The notes under the pieces are model-generated. The model did no database searches. It had not been told where the DNA came from and saw only the letters and a list, made by a program, of their open reading frames with translations. A stretch of DNA of 63,774 nucleotides, filler included, from Octopus bimaculoides (Eukaryota): NCBI RefSeq assembly GCF_001194135.2. It is 6 parts of 6 records of this genome, joined end to end, with 100 filler letters (N's around TTAATTAATTAA, not from the genome) between each part and the next. Parts side by side here need not be neighbours in the genome. Positions count along the whole stretch, not along the records: positions 1 to 28,817 come from NC_069008.1; 5 more parts are not named here. One strand, written 5' to 3'. Numbering within the stretch: position 1 is the stretch's first letter; each line of letters begins with the position of its first letter. A program made the translations under genes and the position numbers. Of the stretch, positions 1 to 11,643 are shown one piece after another.

Positions 1-152
1 CTAAAGCAGCACAGTCCCGAACGCGCAGTCGCGCTAGCTAGTCGTGAGTGGTCGATCCTAATCCTAACCCTAAACACGTATTCATTTGCACACGCGGGTT
101 AGGGTTAGGATCGACCACTCGCGACTGCGCATTCGGGACTGTGCTGCTTTAG
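1..152. mobile_element. Palindromic MITE-like element with TTAGGG/CCCTAA units
   Basis: 1-70 and 96-152 are reverse complements (ctaaagcagcacagtcccgaa... / ...ttcgggactgtgctgctttag) apart from a roughly 12-nt insertion in the left arm. Confidence 0.7.
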
Positions 153-204
153 TAGTACCTATATACACATGTCTGCGCTGCCGACACACCGTAATAATTG
201 CTTG

Positions 205-750
205 GTTTCGTCGGGAGAGAAAGACGGGGAGACATAGAGAAGGTGAAAGAGGAAAGAAAGGAAGGTAGAAAGAGGGTGGGGGGAAAAAGGAAAAGAGAAA
301 GGAGAAGGGGAGGTAGAGAGGAAAGGAGACAGGGGAGGCAGAGAGGAGAGAGGGGAGGTGGAAAGGAGAGAGGGGAGGCAGAGACGAATGAGGAAGTGAG
401 GGAGACGACGAGACAGAGAGCAGGGAAGAGGAGGGGAGAGAGGGAGACTGAGAAAAAATGGAATACGGAGGGAGGAAGGAGACGGAGAGAGGGAGGGTGC
501 GAATGAGGAGTGAAGAAAGAATGGGTGGAAAGGGAGAGAGAAAGAGAGAGAGACATAAAAGGGACAAGAGGCACAGAGAGAGAGAGAGAGAGAGGCAAGC
601 AGAAAGTAGAGGGAGACTGAGAGGTGGATAGACAAGAAAGGGAGAGGTGAGTAGAGAAGAGAAGAGAAGGAAAGAGAGAGGGGGTGAGACGTAGAGGGGG
701 GAAGAAAGGGAGGAGAAAGATGGAGGAGAGAGAGAGAGACAGAGATGAAA
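205..750. repeat. Purine-rich (GA/GGA) low-complexity tract
   Basis: Almost only A and G on the + strand; source of several spurious Leu/Ser/Pro ORFs. Confidence 0.9.
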
Positions 751-1685
751 ACAAGTGGTCAGTCATTTAACAGAAACTTCCAGCTCTCATCCTAGCTTCG
801 TTTTCAATCAAGCTCTAAGCCACAAATAACATGGCGAAAAAAAGGAAATATGAGTAAAAATAAGCTAGAATGCAAAGCCATTTTTAACTATAAAATAATA
901 ATAATAATAATAATAATAATGATTTATTTTAATAATGCTTTCTTTATTTGCCACGACGGGGGGAGAGATGGGGGAAACAATACAAAGACAGACATATGAA
1001 GTGCAGGGATTTGCTTAGAATGAAATGATTAAAAAAGAAATGTAGAAAAGTATACACGGTATAAAACAAAAGTATGCATCAGTTAAAGAAAAAAAGATTC
1101 ATAGTGATGTGATCCTCCTGATAATAACAAATGTCTAAAATTGTATGAGAAAAAAAAAAGAGCGAGAGAGAGAGAGAGAGAGAGAGAACAAAGACAGATG
1201 AAAATGTAAAACAAAATGAAGGAAAATCCCGACAATATTGATCAAATAATTTGAATGAATATTGCAGAAGACACGGTTCATACACAGTATGTATATATAT
1301 ACATACAACACATAGTGCTGCGAATCCACCACACACATCGTTGCACTTCTACTTTCACTAACGTACATACAATATAATGATTTAGTGGAGGAGAGAAAAT
1401 GGCGGAAGGCAGACGATAACTTTTCGTCCATTTTTGATGCTGTTTTCTTCACTCTATTTTTGTTTCACTTGCTTTTTCTTGTTTAAAACAATCGTTTTTG
1501 TACGCTAATGATAGTTGCGGCATACTACACTGTAGAGTTGTGTATGGTATATATAGTTATCGTACAACAGAAGTCTTTTTCTCCGTTCTTATATATGTAT
1601 TAGGGATAAAAATCCAAAATTACAGGTAAAAACTCAATTTAAATCAATTTATTAAAAATTAAAATTAAATTAAGTTTCACAGTAT

Positions 1686-1720
<35 letters not shown>

Positions 1721-2411
1721 TTAGGGAAAAGAACCAAGGTTCATGAAATTATCGATGAAAATCCACTGTCACATATAGAAAAATTAATAAGTAAAAGCAT
1801 AATAAATGAGTATAATATAATACAAAGTAAATATCATAAGATAATGATAATAATAATAATAATAACTATATATATATATATTCAAAAACAGATAAGAGCA
1901 TTAACTTTTTGTTTCACAGAAACTAAATCATTGTAGATTGGATGGATGGATACATAGATAGATGGCTAGAAAGACACATACATACATTCATACACACACA
2001 TTAATAGAAACATGAGAGCAGGAGGCTACCAGTTACCTAACCCATCCGTTTGGAACCATTTCCTTGTAAAACCCATCCCTCATTCTCAATATCATCCCTT
2101 CCTCCCCTATTTTCCTTTAATCACCCGTTTCTGTGCTTCCCTGTCACACATCTTAGAACTGCCTTGTTCCCTTAATCATTAACACCCTCTCTTATCTGCT
2201 ATCATACTCATCACTCTGTCATATCTGCTGTCAACAGCCTTCCCTCACCACCACTCACAACAGTCACACCCTGCATAACTCTAACATCCATCCCTGTCAC
2301 TGTACATCGCTCTCTTTCTCATGACTCTCACTCTCCCAACCCACATATCATTTCCATCAAAGCCTTGTGAATGGATTTGGCAGACGGAAACTGAAAGAAG
2401 CCCGTCGTATA

Positions 2412-2450
<39 letters not shown>

Positions 2451-2773
2451 NNNNNNNNNNNNNNNNNNNNNNNNNNNNNNNNNNNNNNNNNNNNNNNNNN
2501 NNNNNNNNNNNNNNNNNNNNNNNNNNNNNNNNNNNNNNNNNNNNNNNNNNNNNNNNNNNNNNNNNNNTTGTGTGTCTGTGTTTGTCCCTCCAACATCGCT
2601 TGACAACTGATGCTGGTGTGTTTACATCCCCGTAACTTAGCGGTTCGGCAAAAGAGACTGATAGAAAAAGTACTGGGCTTCCAAAGAATAAGTCCTGGGG
2701 TTGATCTGCTCGACTAAAGGTGGTGCTCCAGCATGGCCACAGTCAAATGACTGAAACAAGTAAGAGTAATAAA

Positions 2774-2997
2774 AAGTTTTGAATGGTACAATAATGCACT
2801 ATAGAACAAAAAATGGACTATATACCTGTTGTAATTTAGTTATCTATAGCCCGATGATATTTTGGAAGGAGTCGCTGCTATAATCTTTTGCAGCGAGAAT
2901 ATCTGAAGAAGGAATTTTATTCCGAAATATTATCAGACTATGGATGACTAAATTACAACAGGTATATTATAGTGCATTGTTGTACCATTCAAAACTT
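2774..2997. mobile_element. Fold-back element with central hammerhead-like core
   Basis: Ends aagttttgaatggtacaataatgcactata and tatagtgcattgttgtaccattcaaaactt are inverted repeats and pairing continues inward; core CTGAAGA-A-GGAAT-ttt-ATTCC-GAAATATT at 2903-2931. A terminal fragment recurs at about 24733-24772. Confidence 0.6.
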
Positions 2998-4594
2998 CAT
3001 ATATACCACTTTCAAATTTTGGCACAAGGCCTGCAATTTTGGAGGAAGGGGTAAGTTGATTATATCATCCCCAATTCTTAACTGGTACTTATTTTATCAA
3101 CCTTGAAAGGATGAAAGGCAAATTCGACCCCAGCAGAATTTCAACCCAGAACATACAGAAGGATGAAATGCTATATATATGTATGTGTGTGTTTACGTCA
3201 CCGTAACTTAGCGGTTTGGCAAAAGAGACCGATAGAATAAGTACTAGGCTTACAAAAAATAAGTCCTGGGGTCGATTTCTTCGACTAAAGGTGGTACTCC
3301 AGCATGGCCGCAGTCAAATGACAGAAACAAGTAAAAGAGTAAAGAGTACACAGAGACACACACATGTATAACTGAATGTGCTTGAGACGTGACTATTAAC
3401 TTTTTTAGTGTTTATATTACTCTGTCAAATGTAATTGATATTCATTCACTTGGTTTTTAATTAATCATGCATTATCTTGTAGCTTTGAGATTTCAATAAT
3501 GTGACTGTTAGGTAGATGTGAGAGGCCAGACCTGGCCAGTTTGAACATAAAACAGGCAGAAAATTTCAGAGCCAGATATGGCCAGTATAACTGTTAAACC
3601 ATTCAGGTTTCAGCTCTGTTAGTCACATTAAACATCCACCGTCATGTGTACACATGGGTCTTCCTCGGTCAAAGGTGGTCTACAACCTAATACAAAGAAC
3701 ACAGCAATCATCATCATCATTTAACGTCCGTTTTCCATGCTGGCATGGGTTGCTGGCATGAGCTGAAGGGCTGTTCAAGCTCCATGTTTGTTTTGGCCTG
3801 CTTTCTAGAGCCAGATGTCCTCCCTGATGTGGTACCAGCACTTATGAGTCTGCAAGATTAGGATGCTCAGCTGGAGAAGGTTGCAAGGGATGAGACTGTA
3901 TGCAAGGGCAGAGAAATAGAGAACATGGGCATTGACTTGGTCTTCCTGGAATCAGTATGTTACATATGTTTCGGTATTCAGCAACACATGACGTTACATC
4001 ATTTGATGCAATCAGCTGATGCACCTGATAGGGCCAGCATGATAAACGAATGTACATCATCAGACAATGGAAAAGAAATACAAGTGACAAACAAGCAGTA
4101 ATCAAATTTGAAATACCTGAAAGGTATCAGGTCAGAATGGTGAGTGAAGGGAGAGCAGGAGAAGTTAAGTTGGGATACTGACCCACATAACTACAAAGTG
4201 TAGTGGTGTTTGTAAGGATGGTGGTTAGTTGCCGGGCAGAGTATGGGGATAAAGGTCACACTTATATGACCTTATGAGAGAAGGGGACTGAGCGAGGAGA
4301 TACTCGGCCAGCAAGATATAAAAATGTAATAAAGTGATAGCTAAGAGTTGGTGGTGGCACCAAATCACTTACAGCTACATCTGGTTACTAAGCCAACACA
4401 CACACACACACATATGCATAGCATACATCTACATCTACATACCAAAACACGTGTGTAAATGTATAATTGCATGAAAATAAAAGGAATTCTCAAATGCAGG
4501 ATGGCTGTTAAAGACAACTTAGAAAATTGGGTAAATACCCTTTAGAAGATGGAAAAAACTGTCCAGCAAGCAACACAAACTCAAAGACACACAC

Positions 4595-4633
<39 letters not shown>

Positions 4634-5504
4634 TATAAATAAATATATGTGGCTGTGTGGTAAGTAGCTTGCTTACCAACCACATGGTTCTGGGTTCATC
4701 CCCACTGCGTGGCACCTTGGGCAAGTGTCTTCTACTATAGCCCCAGGTTGACCAAAGCCTTGTGAGTGGATTTGGCAGACGGAAACTGAAAGAAGCCCGT
4801 TGTNNNNNNNNNNNNNNNNNNNNNNNNNNNNNNNNNNNNNNNNNNNNNNNNNNNNNNNNNNNNNNNNNNNNNNNNNNNNNNNNNNNNNNNNNNNNNNNNN
4901 NNNNNNNNNNNNNNNNNNNNNNNNNNNNNNNNNNNNNNNNNNNNNNNNNNNNNNNNNNNNNNNNNNNNNNNNNNNNNNNNNNNNNNNNNNNNNNNNNNNN
5001 NNNNNNNNNNNNNNNNNNNNNNNNNNNNNNNNNNNNNNNNNNNNNNNNNNNNNNNNNNNNNNNNNNNNNNNNNNNNNNNNNNNNNNNNNNNNNNNNNNNN
5101 NNNNNNNNNNNNNNNNNNNNNNNNNNNNNNNNNNNNNNNNNNNNNNNNNNNNNNNNNNNNNNNNNNNNNNNNNNNNNNNNNNNNNNNNNNNNNNNNNNNN
5201 NNNNNNNNNNNNNNNNNNNNNNNNNNNNNNNNNNNNNNNNNNNNNNNNNNNNNNNNNNNNNNNNNNNNNNNNNNNNNNNNNNNNNNNNNNNNNNATACAA
5301 AAAATAACAACAGACGAGGACAGGTGGTGTAAATAACAAAAGTATATATTAGTATGACGCTATATATATTTTATGGAGATGTACTTGCATAGCAAGTGAC
5401 CTGATCTGAGATCATGTGCTGGAACGAAAACAATTGCAGTGTGGAAGGTGTTTATAAGACATTTAAGAAACACACAAAAACCGTTAGATTCACTTCAAAT
5501 GTAT

Positions 5505-5755
5505 TGGCTTGCTTTCTCGGTAGTTTCCAACTATTTTCAGGCAACGTCTTTTGCCTCCTTTGCAGTTAGTTTGAGATTTTAGAGAATAAAGTGAATACTG
5601 GTTCTAATAAATCTTCTAACTCCTGTCTCGACAGGAAAGCATATTGATTCCCGTCCAATGTTTTCCCAGAGTTCAATCAACTCACTGTATTTTCAGTCTT
5701 TCCTGAGAAAAGCATCTTCCATGTTTGTTTCACATGGTACTGTCAGCTCTAAACA
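5505..5755 (-). mobile_element. Hero-like (R2 superfamily) non-LTR retrotransposon, RLE-domain fragment
   Basis: Minus strand translates CLELTVPCETNMEDAFLRKD*KYSELIELWENIGRESICFPVETGVRRF, matching the ELTVP..E....A..RK..KY..L....P.E.G.RG motif; contains stops. Confidence 0.65.
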
Positions 5756-5857
5756 CACACCCACACTATTAGTAACATGATGAATATTTGTAAAACATTC
5801 CAAAAATTTTCCATTATTTACATTTGACGGATATTTGTCCTCATCTTGTTTGTTGTT

Positions 5858-5898
5858 AACGTTTCAGCTGATATACCCTCCAGCCTTCATCAGGTGTC
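5858..5898 (-). ncRNA. Hammerhead ribozyme copy, stem I disrupted
   Basis: Reverse strand reads GACAC CUGAUGA A GGCUG gagggtatat CAGCU GAAAC GUU; the GUGUU 3' strand of stem I is lost by a 5-nt deletion relative to the 6135 copy. Confidence 0.55.
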
Positions 5899-6048
5899 TT
5901 GGAGAAATTTCAAACCTGGGTTCTCATTGCTAAGGTATTTTTCGATGTTATTATTATTATTATTATTCAGGTCACTGCCTGGAATTGAACTCGGAATCTT
6001 TGGGTTAGTAGGTTGCACTTTTAACTACTACACCATATGCCCGTGGGC

Positions 6049-6087
<39 letters not shown>

Positions 6088-6134
6088 TCGAAAAATACCT
6101 TAGGAATGAGAACCTAGGTTCGAAATTTCCCCAA

Positions 6135-6180
6135 GACACCTGATGAAGGCTGGAGGGTACATCAACCGAAACGTTGTGTT
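6135..6180 (+). ncRNA. Minimal type I hammerhead ribozyme
   Basis: GACAC / CUGAUGA / A / GGCUG-gagggtacat-CAACC / GAAAC / GUU / GUGUU. Stem I has 5 pairs, stem II 4 of 5, stem III is the palindrome ACGU; predicted cleavage after 6175. Confidence 0.7.
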
Positions 6181-6605
6181 AATAACAAACAAGATGAGGA
6201 CAAATATCCGTCAATTGTAAATAATGTAAATAATTCTTCATCTCTTAAATATAGAACTGAAAAATTCTCCATCTGAGATTCTTATGTGACTAGATACAGA
6301 CATTTGGGTGTATGCATTGACAGATCAACCAAAACACCAACTCAACCACACATTTACAAACGCCAGGAACTCTCTTAACTCAAAAAGTCTTGTTAGAAAC
6401 TGATTCGAACTCTCCCAAAAGCTAAAATAAAACTCAAAGAAAAACATACATACACACATACAAAAACACAAATAAACAAAGGATGCTGGTTAAAACAAGA
6501 TGCTTTCCTTCACAACCTTGCTACGAAGTAAGTAGTTGGTCAAAATTTACTCTAAATTAAAAAGAGAAAGAAAAATGAACAAACAAATGAACAAAAGTAC
6601 ATACA

Positions 6606-7000
6606 TACACTGAACTATTGAGGAATCTACAGCTACTCTATCCAGATTATTGGGGCACTGGGATATGTAATGCACTGCCTAAATACCAATCTTGAGAAAT
6701 TAGGCCTTTCAAAACCAGAAAAGAGAAAGCTGATTCGAAGACTACAGATCGAATCCATCACTGGAACTGTAAAAATCTGTAAAACTTTCCAGTAGTTTAT
6801 CATTTAAATATTCATGAGTATGTGTAGATATGTATGTCTAGAATACATACATAAAACAAATCATATAAATCTGCATTTCTACATGCATACAAGAATATCC
6901 TGTTGATGTTGTTGAAATTCCAATGAAGGAATTCTGGGTCTAGGTTAGAAACTGGATCGTTTTCTATTGACAAGAAATCTTGAGATAAAACCGAATAACG
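6606..7000 (+). mobile_element. R4/Dong-like LINE 3' end (RLE C-terminus plus 3' UTR)
   Basis: YTELLRNLQLLYPDY...GALGYVMHCLNTNLEKLGLSKPEKRKLIRRLQIESITGTVKICKTFQ; followed by an (ACAT)n tract. Confidence 0.6.
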
Positions 7001-7974
7001 ACATACATACATACCTTCATATATACATACATCCATACACACATACACAAACATACATACACACATTAATATCTTCATGCATATATGACCATTTACAGAC
7101 AGACAGACAGACAGATAGATAGATAATGCACACCTAGACATGCATTCCACCACCACCACCACCATCATCACAATCAATGGTTTTAATGTCTACTTATTCA
7201 TGCTTTTATGGGGGTTGTTGAGGTTGACTTTTCTACGACCAGATACCCATCCTGTCATCAACCCTCGCCTGTTTCTGAACCAAGCAAAATTTCCTCATGT
7301 CCAAAAGAGAGTCCTGGAAAATTGAAAAAGAATGACACAACTTGTATGATAGCACTCGTCTATGTCTATGCATTGTATATTATGAAGAGCTGTCACAAAG
7401 ACATATTATATATGTAGATATAGATATTTGTATATTCTTATAAATATCTATCTACATGTAGACAGACAGATAAATCTACATGCCAATATAGGATTATAAT
7501 GCTGTATGTATACAGCCTACAGTTATTTCTCTGCTATATTGGTGCTTTACGGTGGTTTAATTAAGACTTTAGCTCTTATTTCTAGCAGGCTGATGCTAAT
7601 TTGTGCTAATTTGTAATTTATATAGATATATATAAATATAGATGGATTTATATGCGTATATATAAATACACATAGAGAGGGGTAGAGATAAATGTATATG
7701 CCTATATAAATTATATATGTATGTATATGTGTGTGTGTGTGTATGAAAGTGTGTCCATAAATTATATATACATATGTAGCTATATAGGTAAATGATAGGA
7801 TTGCTTCAATATTTCAGGGGTAGTCTGAAGTATCTAAGCAACCAGGGGATATTTAAATCTGAAGGAACTCCTGGAAATTACTTGTGCAGGTACTGTCTTC
7901 GTTAGGAGGTATTCAGAGGCAGGTAATTTATTGTTTAAACCGCAGTTTATAATTATTTCCACATAATTATGTAG

Positions 7975-8015
<41 letters not shown>

Positions 8016-8460
8016 TTAGGGAAATTTTTTTTACACACTGGCTTCTTGATAAAATTCTTGTAAAAGAGTTTTATCCTTTTTTGAATTTATTTATATATAT
8101 ATATTTCAGTGCGTATGTTTATTACCGGCATAATGCCTCTCCCAAGGTTTAATTGTAGATATATATATATATATATATATCATCTATACATGCATATTAT
8201 AAATATGCATACATCTATACAAACATATATACACACACATATACACATATATATATATATATATATAAATAAATATATTTGTGTATGTATATATAATATA
8301 CATAGCATATGTGTGTGTGTGTGTGTGTGTGGGGGGGTATTTCACACACCAACGTGCGCTATTTACCAGTTATGTTATTCACATCCGTCAAGTGCAGTAA
8401 TTTCTGATGCGCCTCGCTGCTCCCTTCCGTTCATTTATCATACCACTTCTCACCCCACCA

Positions 8461-8620
8461 CTGCCATGCATATATTCTCTCTACTATGCATACATTACCC
8501 TTGCCATGCATACGTTGCCTCTGCCATGCATATATTACTTCTGCCATGCATATATTACCCCTGCTATGCATATATTACCCTTGCTATGCATATATTACCC
8601 TTGCTATGCATATATTACCA
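8461..8620. repeat. 20-bp minisatellite, 8 units
   Basis: Unit ctgctatgcatatattaccc in exact 20-nt register. Confidence 0.9.
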
Positions 8621-8995
8621 CCGTTCAATATAAACTCCTTCGTGTAGTGTTTGTGTTTAGAGGAAGCATGATGCTTCCGTGTGTGTATTGGAAGTATATG
8701 TAGTCCAGTTTGTATACGGGGTATAGAGAGTTGTAACGAATGTATGTATATAGTGAAAACCGCTGATGTTTACTGAAATGAGTAAAATATATATTTTCGT
8801 TCAGTTAGCTGAACGAAAATATGTCCGTACCCATATTTTATATCTATGCAGCGTGTGTCTGTATGCGTGCATACATTCATGTGTATTAATATATTTGTAT
8901 ATGTATATATAAATTGTGCGTATGTTTTTATATTTGGATACACACGGGCACACACACACATATAGACGGGCATGTGTGAACGTATACATATGCGC

Positions 8996-9041
<46 letters not shown>

Positions 9042-9398
9042 ATGTATAAATACGTATGTATATAATTATATGTGTGTACATATAAATATATATGTATACA
9101 TAAAAATATAATCGGGTGTGTGTGCGTATACATACGCGCATGCATATGTGAATATTCTAAAGCAGAATTGCGCAAATACGATAAATACTCAATTAACTAC
9201 ACTCTTTAACTCTCTTTTACTTGTTTCAGTCATTTGACTGTGGCCATGCTGGAGCACCGCCTTTAGTCGAGCAAATCGACCCCCAGAATAAGTCCTGGGG
9301 TCGAAAGCCTATATAGAAATCCATTCCCCCCTACACAGACATTTATACACACGCATAAATGATATGCACACATATTAATACAGATGCACCAGTTCAAA

Positions 9399-9459
<61 letters not shown>

Positions 9460-9718
9460 GCGTGCGTGTGTGTGTGCATGTATAAACGCCAGGTAGTGCT
9501 CCCGCATGGCCGCAGTCTATTGACTAAAACTAGTAATAGAAAATACGTGCAAGGGGTTACATACAGGCCGAAGGGCTTTAAGGGTCCCAGAAACGCTATA
9601 AAGCTTAGAGCTTTATGGACTTGAAACCCAAGGTAACTCCATACACCAGCAATATCTATATACTCTACAGCTTTTAGGGTCATTTTCTCTTTCGGTTATA
9701 ATTTACTGAATATGTATA

Positions 9719-10092
9719 GCCACAATGGCTCAGTGGTTAGGGCAGCGGACACGCGGTTGTAGGATCGCCGTAGTTTCGATTCCTAGACCGGGCGTGTTTA
9801 TTGAACTAAAAACACCTAAAAGCTCCACGAGGCTCCGGCAGAGGGTGGGTGGCGAACCCTGCTGTACTCTTTCACCACAACTTTCTCTCACTCTTACTTC
9901 CTGTTTCTGTTGTGCCTGTAATTCAAAGGGTCAGCCTTGTCACACTCTGTGTCACGCTGAATATCCCCGAGAACTACGTTAAGGGTACACGTGTCTGTGG
10001 AGTGCTCAGCCACTTGCACGTTAACTTCACGAGCAGGCTGTTCCGTTGATCGGATCAACTGGAACCCTCGACGTCGTAACCAACAGAGTGCC
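9719..10092 (+). mobile_element. tRNA-derived SINE family D, full length
   Basis: caatggctcagtggttagggcagcggac head, gtttcgattcc B-box, tail cagagtgcca. Copies at 26124-26494(+), 21878-22058(-) and a decayed one at about 22570-22860. Confidence 0.9.
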
Positions 10093-10116
10093 ACGATATA
10101 TATATATATATATATG

Positions 10117-10148
<32 letters not shown>

Positions 10149-10362
10149 CAAGCAGACGACAAAGAGAATGAAGAGATATACGGAGAAGGTTAGCGCACGC
10201 AACAAACACCTCCAAAATAGTGGTGGTGGATGAGGAGTAAAGAATAAATTAGAGGGGGAAGAGAGGCAGAATGAAAGACGTGAGAGAGGGAAAGGGAGAG
10301 ACAAAAGAGGGGCGTGATATTAGTTTAGTCCAACGGAGTAAGCAACCTTTGTAATTACTTAC

Positions 10363-10900
10363 CTCTCACCTACACTGGAGGTGGGGGGGGGAGCGTTGAA
10401 TGAACGAAAAAATAAACTAATAATAAAATATATAAAACTGCTTCCGGTTGCATTTCCTTCTAACCCGGTCTCGTCTAAGCAAGATACTATAAAAAAAAAA
10501 AATCAACGCCTTTTCGTCGTTCGTTGCTTTCGGCGGAATTTCCCGATCGACGACGGAATTCTTTATCACGTGATGAAAATGTAAGAGATTGACAGACGAA
10601 CTGTTGCCCGCGACTTCAAGCTCTTGCGTTGTGCGAGAGTTCGGCGGAATTTTCCGATCGGCACCGGAATTTATAAATCACGTGACGAAAGCGTGAGACT
10701 GACAGACGAAATTTCCAGTTCTCGCGTTCTGCGAGAGTTCGAAGAGTGGTGCATCACGTGATTTTCCTTCCCTCTTTTTTCTCTATCCCCGCCTTCTTCC
10801 ATTCTCTTTATCTCTTCTGTTTCTCTCCTATACATACATGCTGACGAAGTGGGGAGGGAGTCTCCGGCGTGGTCGATCACCGTGCTAGAAATAATAACCA
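10363..10900 (-). promoter_or_regulatory. CpG-rich promoter-like island with probable minus-strand first exon
   Basis: CpG-rich and non-repeat-like; three ATCACGTGA E-boxes (10565, 10677, 10753); ETS-like CTTCCGG (10441); minus-strand donor GAG|GTAAGTAA ending an exon at 10363. No downstream coding exon recognised. Confidence 0.55.
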
Positions 10901-11122
10901 CATGTGCTTCCACATGGAAGTGGAAATGGAATGTTTTAGAATGTCAGAAATGCTCCCCTCCCCACCTCGTATTTAGTAACAACCATTAACGTTCTGAGAT
11001 CAGTGCTGACGTTACAGGGTTGTCCTTTCGTCAGAGAGAGAGAGAGACGGTCAACTTTGGGAAAAAGTCTAGCTATAGAAAAAGTTAATTCACTCTCCTT
11101 GAAGTATGTATATGCTTGTATA

Positions 11123-11157
<35 letters not shown>

Positions 11158-11485
11158 NNNNNNNNNNNNNNNNNNNNNNNNNNNNNNNNNNNNNNNNNNN
11201 NNNNNNNNNNNNNNNNNNNNNNNNNNNNNNNNNNNNNNNNNNNNNNNNNNNNNNNNNNNNNNNNNNNNNNNNNNNNNNNNNNNNNNNNNNNNNNNNNNNN
11301 NNNNNNNNNNNNNNNNNNNNNNNNNNNNNNNNNNNNNNNNNNNNNNNNNNNNNNNNNNNNNNNNNNNNNNNNNNNNNNNNNNNNNNNNNNNNNNNNNNNN
11401 NNNNNNNNNNNNNNNNNNNNNNNNNNNNNNNNNNNNNNNNNNNNNNNNNNNNNGGATCAGCAAATGTTTGCTGATCCCTTAATTA

Positions 11486-11520
<35 letters not shown>

Positions 11521-11521
<1 letters not shown>

Positions 11522-11643
11522 GAAAAATAATAACGCCACACAGTGGACTTCTCAAAATAACCACATTTAGTACCTCATTCCTCGCATGAGGTACTAAATG
11601 TGGTTATTTTGAGAAGTCTACTGTATGGCGTTATTATTTTTCT
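11521..11643. repeat. 58-bp inverted repeat with 7-nt loop
   Basis: 11521-11578 pairs with 11586-11643 with 2 differences. Confidence 0.9.

Larger units (their letters stand above)
5812..6259. mobile_element. Fold-back non-autonomous element: inverted hammerhead-bearing arms around a tRNA-like head
   Basis: 5812-5967 is the reverse complement of about 6049-6226; centre 5968-6048 on the minus strand has an A-box-like TGGTGTAGTAG and a B-box-like GAGTTCAATTCC. Confidence 0.75.

Noticed and set aside
82-766. Long Leu/Ser/Pro or Arg/Glu/Gly ORFs
   Set aside because: Translations of a GA-rich low-complexity tract; the same applies to the many YI/CV/HT-repeat ORFs and the ORFs that span N gaps.
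1135-1452. ORF beginning KKTASKMDEKLSSAFRHF as a downstream exon of the 10363 transcript
   Set aside because: No clear acceptor, runs into microsatellites, and no known homology.
5968-6048. Possible tRNA gene
   Set aside because: A- and B-box-like motifs are present but no convincing acceptor stem or poly-T terminator; treated as a SINE-type head. The same holds for the heads of SINE families A, B and D.
6915-6965. Hammerhead-like words in the R4-like 3' UTR (CCAATGAAGG...GAAAC)
   Set aside because: Core has two mismatches and stems I and II cannot be formed.
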